Shown here one piece after another: positions 37,721 through 48,339 of a stretch of 64,000 bases of DNA; positions within the stretch are counted from its first letter, which is position 1; every line of letters begins with the position of its first letter. The DNA lies in NCBI GenBank assembly GCA_963665295.1, contig OY762209.1, forward strand, positions 2,688,001-2,752,000, in the 5' to 3' direction. Under the pieces are notes generated by a model, which did not search any database, was not told where the DNA came from, and saw only the letters and a list, made by a program, of their open reading frames with translations. The position numbers and the translations under genes are program-made. The stretch is from Syntrophorhabdaceae bacterium (GTDB taxonomy: Bacteria > Desulfobacterota > Syntrophorhabdia > Syntrophorhabdales > Syntrophorhabdaceae).

Positions 37721-38701
37721 ATGCTCAACGCCATCACCGATGTACCCGGCATAATGGTAGGTCACGCGTCCGACTTCGCAGGGTTTACAGGCTGCACGGT
37801 AGTCCTCTGCGGGTCAGGGGCGGTGTGCGGCATCGACGTGAGGGGGAGCGCCGCGGGCACGCGTCAGGTGGACGCCTTGAGCGTGAACCATATCGTCGAA
37901 GAGGTCCACGCCGTGCTTCTCGCGGGGGGCAGTTCTTTCGGACTTGATGCGGCGAGCGGTGTGTCACGGTACCTCGAGGAGAAAGGCGTCGGTTTCAATG
38001 TCGGGGTAACCCGAATACCCATAGTGCCCACCGCAGTGATTTTCGATATTCTCTTTGGTGACCCCAAGGCGAGACCAACGCCGGATATGGGCTATGAGGC
38101 CTGTCTCAATGCGTCGGAGGTCGTGGAAGAGGGGAGCGTGGGTGCGGGAGTGGGCGCCACGGTAGGCAAACTCTTCGAAACGTCGAGAGCAATGAAAGGC
38201 GGGGTGGGCACAAGCAGTCTGATGCAGTCCGACGGACTGGTCGTAGGCGCCCTTGTCGTGGTAAACGCCTTTGGAGACGTCGTCGACAATGTGACAGGGA
38301 AAACGATTATCGGCGCGAGAAAGGCGGAGGACAGCCTGGAATTCGCCAATACGGCTGATTCCATATGGGGTGGTGTGACCAAGAAGCAGTTCGGCCTCGT
38401 CAATACAACCCTCGGCGTGGTCGCCACCAACGCCCGTTTCCAGAAAAGAGAGATTACAAAGATAGCCCAGATGGCCCAGGGCGGGCTCATCAAAACCATA
38501 AACCCTGTACATACCACCTTCGATGGCGACCTGGTATTTGCTATTTCAAAGGGGGATGTGGAGGCTGACGTCAATAAAGTCGGGATATTGGGTGAATTTG
38601 TCCTTGCCGAGGCCATCAAAAGGGCGGTAAAAAAGGCGGACGGATTCGGAAGGATACCCGCCTTCAAGGATATTGCGAAAGGCTGGAAGACTACCCGGTA
38701 A
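37721..38701 (+). CDS. Peptidase S58/P1 family (DmpA-like)
   Basis: ITDVPGIMVGH, TGCTVV, GGSSFGL, VVNAFGDV, NTTLGVVATN, HTTFDGD. Confidence 0.9.
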   Translation: MLNAITDVPGIMVGHASDFAGFTGCTVVLCGSGAVCGIDVRGSAAGTRQVDALSVNHIVEEVHAVLLAGGSSFGLDAASGVSRYLEEKGVGFNVGVTRIPIVPTAVIFDILFGDPKARPTPDMGYEACLNASEVVEEGSVGAGVGATVGKLFETSRAMKGGVGTSSLMQSDGLVVGALVVVNAFGDVVDNVTGKTIIGARKAEDSLEFANTADSIWGGVTKKQFGLVNTTLGVVATNARFQKREITKIAQMAQGGLIKTINPVHTTFDGDLVFAISKGDVEADVNKVGILGEFVLAEAIKRAVKKADGFGRIPAFKDIAKGWKTTR

Positions 38702-38755
38702 GGGAGGGCAGGAACACGAATGATCGTGTGACTATCGGGAAGGAGGAGCAGGAGA

Positions 38756-39490
38756 GTGGAGAAGCGCCGGCTGGTAGCGGAATTGATAAAAGAAAAGGGA
38801 TATGTCGTGGCCTTTACCGGGGCAGGGATCTCCGTGGACAGCGGAATACCGGCTTTCAGAGGCGGGCAGGGGCTCTGGGAAAAATACGACCCCATGGAAT
38901 ATGCCCATATCAGGGCCTTTCATACCAACCCGGCGAAGGTCTGGACCATGCTCCGGGAAATGTCGAGGGTAATCTTTGAAGCCGGTCCGAGTCCGGCCCA
39001 TAACGCCTTGAGCGACATGGAGAAGAAGGGTTATCTGAAGGCGGTAATTACTCAGAATGTCGACGGCCTCCATCAGGTCGCGGGCAACACCAACGTAATA
39101 GAGTACCACGGAAACCACCGGTGGCTCGTCTGCATGAACTGCTCAAAAAAGGTGGCCCTTCAACCGGAAATGCTTACTGCCATGCCGTACCCCGTATGCG
39201 ATAAGTGCAACACGCCTCTGAAACCGGCGGTAGTCTTCTTTGGAGAGGGTATCCCGGCGAAGGAGATGGTGCGGGCGAACGAGGAAGCCAACAGGTGTGG
39301 AGTGCTCATAATCATAGGGACCTCCGGGGTGGTGTACCCGGCTGCGGAGATTCCCTATGCCTGTAAATCACAGGGTGCCGCGATAGTAGAGATCAATGTC
39401 TCTCCTACGCCTTTCACTTCGTCTATAACCGACTATTACCTCGAAGGGAGCGCCTCCGAGATATTGCCCGCCATTCTGGGACTTCTCTAG
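38756..39490 (+). CDS. cobB: NAD-dependent protein deacylase (sirtuin)
   Basis: TGAGISVDSGIPAFRG, TQNVDGLH, HG, two CxxC, GTSGVVYPAA. Confidence 0.94.
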   Translation: MEKRRLVAELIKEKGYVVAFTGAGISVDSGIPAFRGGQGLWEKYDPMEYAHIRAFHTNPAKVWTMLREMSRVIFEAGPSPAHNALSDMEKKGYLKAVITQNVDGLHQVAGNTNVIEYHGNHRWLVCMNCSKKVALQPEMLTAMPYPVCDKCNTPLKPAVVFFGEGIPAKEMVRANEEANRCGVLIIIGTSGVVYPAAEIPYACKSQGAAIVEINVSPTPFTSSITDYYLEGSASEILPAILGLL

Positions 39491-39501
39491 GAGGGAGACA
39501 T

Positions 39502-40584
39502 ATGAGCAGCAACCTCATTGACCACACCTTTTGTGTGATAATGGCAGGCGGCAAGGGTGAGAGGTTTTGGCCCCTCAGCACGGACCATGCCCCCAAGCCC
39601 TTTCTTAAACTGATGGGCGAGAAGACCCTGATCCAGCTTACGGTGGAACGGGCGTCAAGGATCGTACCGGAAGAGAGGATATTTATCGTCCTCGGCCGAC
39701 CTCATCTGGAAATAGCCAGAGAGCAGCTTCCCTACCTCAAAGACCGGAACTTCATCGTGGAACCGGAAGGAAGGGATACGGCCCCCTGCATCGGCTTCGC
39801 CGCCCTTTCCCTCATAGGTATCGACGAGGAAGCTATCATGATCACCCTGCCCGCCGACCATTATATCGCCGATGTCCAGGGCTTCGCCGACACCATCCTG
39901 CAAGGGGTGAGATGTGCGAGCCAGGGCGACTACCTCGTGACCGTGGGGATCAGGCCGGACCGGCCTGAGACCGGTTACGGTTACATCAACGCATACGAGG
40001 CCTTCGATTTACCCGGCGCAGACTGCCGTAAGGTGAAGAGGATTGTAGAAAAGCCCGATGAAAAAAGGGCCCGCGAGTACCTGGAAGAAGGGAATTACTA
40101 CTGGAACGCAGGGATATTTATCTGGAAAGCCGGGGTAGTCATGGCCGGAATCGAGCGGCACATGCCCGAATTGTACGCGGGTCTCATGAAAATAAAGGCG
40201 GAGAAGGCACGGACCGGCGGCGGGGCTATTGAGGCCATCTACGGGAACCTGCCGAGAAAATCGATAGATTACGGCCTCATGGAAAAGGCCGACAATGTGC
40301 TCATGGTGCCGTCGGGTTTCGACTGGGACGATGTGGGGACGTGGACCTCTCTTTTCAGGGTCCTCGACCTTGACGGGAACGGTAACTGCAAGGCAGGGGA
40401 TGCTTTGAGCATCGACACCCGGAATTCGGTCATATTCAGCGATGGTATCACGGTCGGCACCCTCGGGGTATCGGATATCATAGTGGTGGCATCCAAAAAT
40501 GGCGTCCTGGTGTGCAGCCGGGACAGGGTCCAGGAAGTGCGGGAGATAGTAAGGAAACTTGACGCTGAGAAACGGAGAGACTGA
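39502..40584 (+). CDS. Mannose-1-phosphate guanylyltransferase
   Basis: MAGGKGERFWPLS, EPEGRDTAPCI, ETGYGYI, VEKP, SIDYGLMEK, WDDVGTW. Confidence 0.94.
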   Translation: MSSNLIDHTFCVIMAGGKGERFWPLSTDHAPKPFLKLMGEKTLIQLTVERASRIVPEERIFIVLGRPHLEIAREQLPYLKDRNFIVEPEGRDTAPCIGFAALSLIGIDEEAIMITLPADHYIADVQGFADTILQGVRCASQGDYLVTVGIRPDRPETGYGYINAYEAFDLPGADCRKVKRIVEKPDEKRAREYLEEGNYYWNAGIFIWKAGVVMAGIERHMPELYAGLMKIKAEKARTGGGAIEAIYGNLPRKSIDYGLMEKADNVLMVPSGFDWDDVGTWTSLFRVLDLDGNGNCKAGDALSIDTRNSVIFSDGITVGTLGVSDIIVVASKNGVLVCSRDRVQEVREIVRKLDAEKRRD

Positions 40585-40651
40585 GGCCGCGGGTTCCCGG
40601 GCGCCCATACTTCATAGTTAGCTCTATTTCCCGGAAAACAAAGGGGGACTC

Positions 40652-42184
40652 ATGATCTCCAAGATCTTCACCGCCACTCTTTTCGGAATTGACGGGATAA
40701 AAGTGGACGTGGAAGTCGATATTGCATACGGTCTTCCTTCATTCAGCATCGTGGGCCTTCCCGAGACGTCCGTCAAGGAAAGCAAGGAAAGGGTCAGGGC
40801 TGCGATAAACAACGCCGGATTCGAGTTTCCTAACGACAGGATTACCATCAACCTTGCCCCTGCGGACCTCAGGAAAGAAGGATCTTCCTTTGACCTTCCT
40901 ATTGCGGTGGGCATCCTCACATCCCTCGGCATCATCAAGAGGGAAGCAGTTCAGGACTATCTCATCGCCGGGGAGCTTTCCCTCGATGGGAGGATTAAAG
41001 GGGTTCGCGGCACCCTGCCCATTGCCATTCTTGCCCGGAGGGAAAAGGTGGCGAGCATTATCGTCCCCCGGGAGAACATGTTGGAAGCCTCCATAATTAA
41101 GGACGTCGCCGTATATGGAGCGGCACACCTTCTCGATATTGTGCAGTTTTTCAAAGGTGAAGGAGAGCTTGAGAGGATTTCGCAGTTCCACGATATGACT
41201 TCCCACAGCGGTCGGGATTCGGGGCTGAGTTTTGCGGACATAAAAGGCCAGAGTCAGGCGAAACGGGCCCTCGAGATCGGCGCAAGCGGGAGCCACAACG
41301 TTCTCATGATCGGGCCTCCGGGGTCGGGAAAGACCATGCTTGCCCGGCGCATCTCCAGTATTCTCCCTCCCCTCGTGTACGAGGAGGCCATAGAGACCAC
41401 GAAGATTCACAGCATAGCCGGTTATCTCGACGCCGACAGGTATCTCGTTCTGGAGCGCCCCTTCAGAGCGCCCCATCATACGATCTCGGACGCGGGGCTG
41501 ATAGGGGGAGGCCATGTTCCCAAACCGGGAGAGGTGAGCCTTGCCCACAACGGTGTGCTCTTTCTCGACGAGTTCCCCGAATTCAGAAGAAATGTCCTTG
41601 ATGCCCTGCGGCAGCCCCTTGAAGACGGAAATGTGACGATCTCACGGGTTAACCATTCGGTCACCTATCCGGCCCGTTTCATGCTGATCGCCGCCATGAA
41701 CCCCTGCCCCTGCGGGTACTGGGGCGACTCGCGGAGGGCCTGCGTGTGCAACGGCGCCCAGATCAGAAGGTACAGGTCCAAAGTCTCGGGCCCGCTCCTT
41801 GACAGGATGGACATTCATATCGAAGTCCCCCCTGTCACCATAAGAGAACTCTCCATGGACAGGGAAGAGGAATCTTCGGACGTGATAAGGGAAAGGGTGG
41901 CCGGGGCGCGGCAAATTCAGGAAGAGAGGTTCAAGGGCAAGAAGATCCACGCGAACAGCCAGATGACCGCGAAAATGGTGAAGAAACATTGTGTGGTAAA
42001 CTCTGAAGGCCAACTCCTCCTCGAAAGGGCCGTGGAAAAGTTCGGACTCTCCCCCCGCGCCTATCACCGTGTCCTCAAAGTGGCAAGGACCATCGCCGAC
42101 CTGGATGGGAAGGAGCACATGGAAGAGTCGCACATAGCGGAGGCCATACAATACCGCGCATTAGACAAAAGACATTCTCTGTAG
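40652..42184 (+). CDS. comM: ComM/YifB Mg-chelatase-like AAA+ ATPase
   Basis: VGLPETSVKES, INLAPAD, GPPGSGKT, PFRAPHH, LFLDEFPEF, MNPCPCG. Confidence 0.95.
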   Translation: MISKIFTATLFGIDGIKVDVEVDIAYGLPSFSIVGLPETSVKESKERVRAAINNAGFEFPNDRITINLAPADLRKEGSSFDLPIAVGILTSLGIIKREAVQDYLIAGELSLDGRIKGVRGTLPIAILARREKVASIIVPRENMLEASIIKDVAVYGAAHLLDIVQFFKGEGELERISQFHDMTSHSGRDSGLSFADIKGQSQAKRALEIGASGSHNVLMIGPPGSGKTMLARRISSILPPLVYEEAIETTKIHSIAGYLDADRYLVLERPFRAPHHTISDAGLIGGGHVPKPGEVSLAHNGVLFLDEFPEFRRNVLDALRQPLEDGNVTISRVNHSVTYPARFMLIAAMNPCPCGYWGDSRRACVCNGAQIRRYRSKVSGPLLDRMDIHIEVPPVTIRELSMDREEESSDVIRERVAGARQIQEERFKGKKIHANSQMTAKMVKKHCVVNSEGQLLLERAVEKFGLSPRAYHRVLKVARTIADLDGKEHMEESHIAEAIQYRALDKRHSL

Positions 42185-42454
42185 CCGAAACAGAAGGGCC
42201 CGCCGCGCCCCCTGGAACCATTTTCCGCGACGCCTTGCGGAAGAGCCGGTAGGACCATTCCGGCATATTTCCCCGGTTCATACCGACCATCATTTTTCAC
42301 ATCCCTCTTCGCTCTTCTCTCGCGTCCTGCCAAGCCCGGCCTGTCACCGGAGATAGATCCGTATGGACATCAGGACCTTGCGGTTTTATCTTGATTGTAT
42401 ACAGAATCGCGAAGATGGGCTATTATTCTATAATAAGACCTTGGGGAGGAAGAC

Positions 42455-42892
42455 ATGGGCAGAAGGCCGAAAATCTTGCTTGTGGATAACGACGTGGATT
42501 TTGTGGACCTCAATAAGGCCATCCTCGAGAATAACGGGTTCGAGGTTGTACCCGCGTTTTCAGGTCGCGAGGTAATGGACAAGGTGAGGTTCGAGCAGCC
42601 CGACCTTATTATCCTCGACCTCATGCTGGAAAAGCATGACACGGGTTTTGCCGTTGCCAAGGCCCTGAAGGCGGACCCCATTTACAGGAATATCCCCATA
42701 CTCATGCTGACTGCCGTAGAGAGCGAGACAGGCATGGACTTTTGCCAGGCCCTCGACGGCTACTGGATGAAGACGGATGACTACGCAAATAAACCACTCC
42801 CTCCCGAAGAACTGATGGAAAGAATAATCCGGCTCCTCGTAAGGGCAAGAAAGAACGCTGAAGACGCGTATGACAAACAAGGAGTGTTTTAA
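42455..42892 (+). CDS. Single-domain response regulator
   Basis: ILLVDND, PDLIILDLML, PILMLTA, DYANKP. Confidence 0.9.
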   Translation: MGRRPKILLVDNDVDFVDLNKAILENNGFEVVPAFSGREVMDKVRFEQPDLIILDLMLEKHDTGFAVAKALKADPIYRNIPILMLTAVESETGMDFCQALDGYWMKTDDYANKPLPPEELMERIIRLLVRARKNAEDAYDKQGVF

Positions 42893-42936
42893 CTCCCATG
42901 ACGAGCAAAGGGGGACGACCCAAGCCCCATTAACCT

Positions 42937-44127
42937 ATGTTGATGAAGAAAGCACGCATATTAATCGTTGACGGCGAGGAGGGCATGGAGGAGAGATATG
43001 GCCCCGCCATGAGGAGTGGAGGCTGCTCCGTAGACATCGCCTGGAGCGGGGATAGGGCCCTGGAAATGGCGGCGGACGGGGACTACGATCTTGTGGTTGT
43101 CGATCTGGCGGCCTTTACGGAGACCCTTGACCTCGTGGAAGCCATAGGGCGCGCGGACCCGCGGGTCGTGGTGATCGCAGTGGCAGGCCGCTCAGCGGGG
43201 GATGGGATGGAAGCGGTGAAGCGTGGGGCCTACGATTTTGTGGAGGAACCGTTTCCTCCGGAACGGCTCATGGTCGTGGTAACACGGGGACTGGAAAAAA
43301 GACGGTTAAGCGACGAAGTGAGGACCCTTGATTCAACCCTCAAGGCAATGGCCGGGGAACAGGAGGGCTGTGAAGGCGCGAGGTCAAGGTTCGTCACCAT
43401 GGTCGCCCACGAGTTGAGGGCGCCCCTTGCCGCAGTGGAAGGGTATCTTTCCGCCTACCTCACCGGCGCGGCGGGGACGGACCCGGAGTTGAACCGCCGG
43501 ATGCTCGAACGGGCGCGGCAGAGGACCCATTCCTTGTTGGATCTTGTAAACGACCTTCTGCAATATAACCGCCTCGAATCGCCGCGGATCGACAGAAAGA
43601 GGGAACTGCTCAACATGGTGGACATGATCGCGGACACCATGGAGCTGATGAAGACGGAGGGCGAGAGCAGAGGGCTTACCTTCGAGACACATTTTCAGGA
43701 ATCACTTCCCCTTATCGAGGCGAACAGGACAGAAATGGAGCAACTTCTTACGAACCTCATTTCCAACGCCATCAAATATAATGTAACAAAGGGCAAGGTG
43801 GAAGTGTCGGCGAAGTCTCTGGAGAGGGCTATCGAGGTCAAGGTGACGGACACGGGTATAGGGATCGGCAAGGAAGACCTGCTCTTTATTTTTGAAGAGT
43901 TTTACAGGGCTTCGGGACCTCAAACCAGATATACCACGGGGACCGGTCTCGGCCTTTCCATTGTAAAAAGGATCGTGGACGCCTACTGCGGCCTTATAGA
44001 AGTGGAGAGTATACCGGGAAGGGGCACGACTTTCGCGGTGATGCTCCCTGTCAGCGCGGGCCGGCCTTCCCGGGACGACGGGGAAAAGGGAAAGGGGAAA
44101 GAGGACAGCGTCCACTCGGGTTCGTGA
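42937..44127 (+). CDS. Hybrid receiver-histidine kinase
   Basis: N-terminal receiver, AHELRAPL H-box, NLISNAIKY, DTGIG, GTGLGL. Confidence 0.92.
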   Translation: MLMKKARILIVDGEEGMEERYGPAMRSGGCSVDIAWSGDRALEMAADGDYDLVVVDLAAFTETLDLVEAIGRADPRVVVIAVAGRSAGDGMEAVKRGAYDFVEEPFPPERLMVVVTRGLEKRRLSDEVRTLDSTLKAMAGEQEGCEGARSRFVTMVAHELRAPLAAVEGYLSAYLTGAAGTDPELNRRMLERARQRTHSLLDLVNDLLQYNRLESPRIDRKRELLNMVDMIADTMELMKTEGESRGLTFETHFQESLPLIEANRTEMEQLLTNLISNAIKYNVTKGKVEVSAKSLERAIEVKVTDTGIGIGKEDLLFIFEEFYRASGPQTRYTTGTGLGLSIVKRIVDAYCGLIEVESIPGRGTTFAVMLPVSAGRPSRDDGEKGKGKEDSVHSGS

Positions 44128-44179
44128 ACGGGCCGTGTCCGGAGGCGAAGGGAACAGACCGAAGAGGAGGGGACAGCCA

Positions 44180-46438
44180 ATGGCGAGAGAGCTGATACCG
44201 AATGAGATTGTGGAGAAAAGGCAACTGGCGCCGTCAATCACTCTTTTCAAACTCTATGTGCCGGACATAGCGACGAAGGTAAAACCGGGACAGTTCGTCG
44301 TCCTCCGGGCAAATGATTACGCGGAAAGGATCCCTCTTACCGTGGCTGATTTCGACCGCGACCAGGGCCTCATCACCATCGTCTTTCAGACCGTCGGGAC
44401 TTCTACCCAAAAGATGGAGAAATTTGAGGAGGGCCAGACGATCCTGGACGTGGTGGGACCTCTCGGGAAACCCAGCCACATCGAAAAATTCGGCACCGTT
44501 GTCTGCGTGGGAGGAGGAGTGGGCGTCGCTCCTGTGTATCCCATTGCAAAGGCCCTTCGCGAGGCCGGAAACGTGGTGATCTCCATCATCGGGGCCCGGA
44601 CCCGGGAGATGCTCATACTCGAAGACGAGATGCGGGCCATAAGCTCGGAGCTTTTTGTTACCACCGACGACGGTACATACGGGCGGCACGGTTTTGTCAC
44701 TGATGTGCTGAAGAAGCTGATCGATGAAGGGCGGAAGATCGATCTCGTTATCGGTATCGGTCCGGTGATCATGATGAAAGCGGTCACCGATGTGACCCGT
44801 CCCTTCAACCTGAAGACCGTGGTAAGCCTCAATACCATCATGGTGGACGGTACCGGCATGTGCGGGTGCTGCCGGGCCACCATCGGTGGAGAGACGAAGT
44901 TCGTATGCGTTGAAGGCCCGGAGTTCGACGGCCACCAGGTCGATTTCCTGGAGCTTGTGCAGCGGCAGAAGATGTATAACCGGGAAGAGCGGCGTGCCGT
45001 GTGGGACCACCAGTGCAAGCTCGAGTTCCAGGCCACGCAACTCAAGAAGACGAAGAAACGTGAGAAAATGCCGGAGCAGGACCCGAAACGGCGCATCCAG
45101 AACTTCGACGAGGTGGCCCTGGGCTACACGCGGGAGAACGCCATACGCGAAGCCTCCCGCTGCCTCCAGTGCAAGAACATGCCCTGCGTGGAAGGCTGTC
45201 CGGTCAACATCACTATTCCCCTCTTTATAAAGAAGATCAAGGAAGGCGATTTTATGGGCGCCATCCATGTGATAAAGGAGACGAACGCCTTGCCCGCGGT
45301 ATGCGGACGCGTCTGTCCCCAGGAATCTCAGTGCGAGAGCAAATGTGTGCTCGGCAAAAAGGGCGAGTCTGTAGCGATAGGCCGCCTGGAGCGATTCGCC
45401 GCGGACTTTGAATCGAAACAGGGCGACGTGCGCGTGCCCGAACCGGCGGCGCCCACGGGAAAACGGGTCGCCGTGGTCGGCGCCGGTCCCGCGGGACTCA
45501 CTGTTGCAGGTGAACTGGCGAAAAAAGGACACGACGTGACGATCTTCGAAGCCCTCCACAAGGCAGGCGGGGTACTCGTGTACGGCATTCCCGAATTCCG
45601 CCTCCCCAAGGCTATCGTCCAGAGAGAAGTCGATTATGTGAGCAAACTCGGCGCGAAGATTAAGGTGGACACCATAGTGGGGCAGACGGTGTCCGTGGAC
45701 GAACTGATGGCCCGGGGATACGACGCGGTCTTTGTAGGGACCGGCGCGGGCCTCCCTTATTTCCTCGACATCCCGGGGGAAAATCTGAACGGTGTTTACT
45801 CGGCCAACGAATTTCTCACCAGGGCGAACCTGATGAAGGCATACCTGTTCCCCGAATATGATACACCTGTCCGTGTGGGCAGCAAGGTGGCGGTCATCGG
45901 GGGCGGCAACGTGGCTATGGACTCCGCGAGGGTTGCAAAGAGGATGGGCGCGGACCACGTCTATCTCATCTACCGGAGGTCCCGCACCGAGATGCCCGCG
46001 AGGGCGGAGGAATCCCATCACGCGGAGGAAGAGGGCATCGACTTCAGGCTCCTCACGAACCCTATACGGGTCGTGGGCGATGAGAGCGGCTGGGTGAAGG
46101 GTATCGAATGCGTCCGGATGGAACTCGGCGAGCCCGACGCGTCGGGGAGAAGGAGGCCTGTGGAGAAGAAGGGATCAAATTACATAATCGACGTTGACGT
46201 GGTTGTGGTGGCTATCGGACAGGGTCCCAACCCCATACTCGCCCGGAACACGGAAGGATTGGAATTGAGAAGAACAGGCAATATCGAAGCTGATCCGGAA
46301 ACGGGCAAGACCAGTAAGAAGGGCGTGTTCGCGGGAGGCGACATCGTCACCGGCGCGGCAACGGTAATCCTTGCCATGGGCGCGGGAAGAAAAGCGGCGG
46401 CGGCCATAGACGAGTACCTGAGAACGGGCAAATGGTAG
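44180..46438 (+). CDS. Fused NfnA-NfnB (SudB-SudA-like) electron-bifurcating transhydrogenase
   Basis: PGQFV, ERIPLT, GGGVG, MVDGTGMCGCCR (NfnA), then RCLQC..CVEGCPV, CGRVCPQE.QCE, GAGPAG, GGGNVAMD (NfnB). Confidence 0.92.
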   Translation: MARELIPNEIVEKRQLAPSITLFKLYVPDIATKVKPGQFVVLRANDYAERIPLTVADFDRDQGLITIVFQTVGTSTQKMEKFEEGQTILDVVGPLGKPSHIEKFGTVVCVGGGVGVAPVYPIAKALREAGNVVISIIGARTREMLILEDEMRAISSELFVTTDDGTYGRHGFVTDVLKKLIDEGRKIDLVIGIGPVIMMKAVTDVTRPFNLKTVVSLNTIMVDGTGMCGCCRATIGGETKFVCVEGPEFDGHQVDFLELVQRQKMYNREERRAVWDHQCKLEFQATQLKKTKKREKMPEQDPKRRIQNFDEVALGYTRENAIREASRCLQCKNMPCVEGCPVNITIPLFIKKIKEGDFMGAIHVIKETNALPAVCGRVCPQESQCESKCVLGKKGESVAIGRLERFAADFESKQGDVRVPEPAAPTGKRVAVVGAGPAGLTVAGELAKKGHDVTIFEALHKAGGVLVYGIPEFRLPKAIVQREVDYVSKLGAKIKVDTIVGQTVSVDELMARGYDAVFVGTGAGLPYFLDIPGENLNGVYSANEFLTRANLMKAYLFPEYDTPVRVGSKVAVIGGGNVAMDSARVAKRMGADHVYLIYRRSRTEMPARAEESHHAEEEGIDFRLLTNPIRVVGDESGWVKGIECVRMELGEPDASGRRRPVEKKGSNYIIDVDVVVVAIGQGPNPILARNTEGLELRRTGNIEADPETGKTSKKGVFAGGDIVTGAATVILAMGAGRKAAAAIDEYLRTGKW

Positions 46439-46550
46439 GGTGATGTGAGCCGTTCAGGCGCACGCCCGACAGGGGCACACATGGGTAGAAGGAAGAGACA
46501 ATGAGGCCGCACCGCGGGAAGGAGGCGCGGCCTTCGCCTTCTATGTGACG

Positions 46551-46883
46551 CTACGCCGCCAGACCCAGGGCGACGAGGAGTTTGACTGCGGCGGATATCA
46601 GTTTTGCAGCGGCATTGATGGCCTCCGCCACCTTTGAGATGTCTTGTTGGGCGGTCTTGATGGCCTTATTTGCTTCACTCACCGCCTCAGTTGCCTTCTT
46701 GTATTCAGCCATAGTCTCGTCCAGTTTTTTATTCCACATCTTTTCCTGAGTGGCGGTCAACTCCAGGATCTCATTATAGACGTCGTCTTTCTGCGGACCC
46801 GGGGGTAGTGAATTGTGAAGCGCATTGAGTCCGGTCAGGACGGTTGACACACCGCTTTTCAGGTCGGTCTTTTGATCAGGCAT
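46551..46883 (-). CDS. Hypothetical alpha-helical protein with hydrophobic C-terminus
   Basis: GAGGAGGGAG SD, coiled-coil pattern, likely co-transcribed with the upstream lipoprotein. Confidence 0.75.
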   Translation of the reverse strand: MPDQKTDLKSGVSTVLTGLNALHNSLPPGPQKDDVYNEILELTATQEKMWNKKLDETMAEYKKATEAVSEANKAIKTAQQDISKVAEAINAAAKLISAAVKLLVALGLAA

Positions 46884-46905
46884 TTCTCCCTCCTCTCATA
46901 GATGG

Positions 46906-47793
46906 TTATTTACTCAAGACCCTTACCGCGTCCACAAGAACCTTTACGTTTGTACCGAATTCCTTAATATCTTTTTCGGAAACGGCGTCGGACTCGACGG
47001 CCAGGGCCATCTCGTTGTTCGCCTTCTGGAGCTTGATCAACGCGTCCCGGATGTCGGCAAAAATGACCTTGCTGCGGGTAAAATTACCCTGTGCATCCTC
47101 GTGGGCTTTAAGGGCCTTTTCCCGGCAATAGATATCGATACATTTGTCAAAGATCCGGACTGCGGTCGCGGCGGTGCGCGCCGCATACAGAAGGTATATC
47201 CCCGCCGGGGTGCCGTCCGCCTGCTGGTCGAAAGTGTGTGCGATTGTCCCGGCCAGACGGTTGACCGGTTCCTTGTAGGTCCTGACTATCTTGAGTACAT
47301 ACTCTTTTTTCATTTCTTCGAGGAACATTCCTCCCCCGGTAGTCACCAGTTTGGCGATGGCATCCTTGTCGTCCTTGGACAGGGTGAGGTATTCGGCGGG
47401 TATGCCGTCCGTGCTTTTTACAAGGTTATCGGCGGCTTTCTTGAGATCATCCTCCCGGGTGTCCTTAACCAGCGTCTGCAAAGACTCGCCGTAAGTCTTG
47501 AGCATTTCGACGGCCCGAAAGATCGCTGTTGTGACCTCGGGCGTAAATATACCTTCAAACTTGCCCATCTCCACGAAGTCCTTTCGGGGCCCGGCGAGTT
47601 CGAGGGCGCTCCGGTTCATCGAGATAGCTTCGTTTCGCATGGAGACGACCTCGTTGGAGGCGATTTTGCCGACTGCCGCAGTCGATGAGGCGAAGTTATC
47701 GACGGCGGCACGCTGAGTCGCATGTAGCCCGCAACCCGTAATCATCGCGAGCGCCATGAGGGCCGGTAACAAAAACGACCAATGCCTTTTCAT
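46906..47793 (-). CDS. Hypothetical alpha-helical lipoprotein
   Basis: AAGGAGG SD, signal MKRHWSFLLPALMALAMITGC (lipobox). Confidence 0.8.
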   Translation of the reverse strand: MKRHWSFLLPALMALAMITGCGLHATQRAAVDNFASSTAAVGKIASNEVVSMRNEAISMNRSALELAGPRKDFVEMGKFEGIFTPEVTTAIFRAVEMLKTYGESLQTLVKDTREDDLKKAADNLVKSTDGIPAEYLTLSKDDKDAIAKLVTTGGGMFLEEMKKEYVLKIVRTYKEPVNRLAGTIAHTFDQQADGTPAGIYLLYAARTAATAVRIFDKCIDIYCREKALKAHEDAQGNFTRSKVIFADIRDALIKLQKANNEMALAVESDAVSEKDIKEFGTNVKVLVDAVRVLSK

Positions 47794-48339
47794 ACTTTGT
47801 CCTCCTTCAGAAATGTGTTTATCACAGGGCAACCCATATTGCCCTGTGCCGTTTACCTGAGCCCGTATCAATAACCGTGACCAGTCTGGACCCGTGTTCG
47901 CCCTCGACCGGAAGAGTTGAGCCTTGAGGATGGTTGCATTTGCGCCGACAGGTATGGATCGACCGGAATCGGAGGAGAACGGGATGTCTGCGAAAAATCG
48001 TTATGATGAAAGCGCCTGGTCCCCCGAGTCTCAGCTTCACTGATTTTTCAACACCCTGGAGGCTCATAAGCTCCTTCCTTTCTATGGGCTCAGGCGATTG
48101 AAAATGTCTGGTGGTGTCGATTTACTGATCCCGGACGATGTGTTAATTATTGACCGTTTTTTTCGGGTTTGCAAGAGGAAAACAAGACTTTTTACGCTCC
48201 AACTCCCCTGTCCCGAAGCCTTCCCCGCCAAGGTTCGGGCTGCTCGTGGCGAAGTATTGACCTTATCAAGAAAAGACTTAGACTTCTATGAGTACGAATG
48301 CTGATCGTGTCCGCCTGTTGGCGGACGGAAGGAGGATGG

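Noticed and set aside
47822..48067. 81-aa minus-strand ORF with an AAGGAG SD
   Set aside because: No recognisable domain and atypical composition; cannot be supported without homology data.
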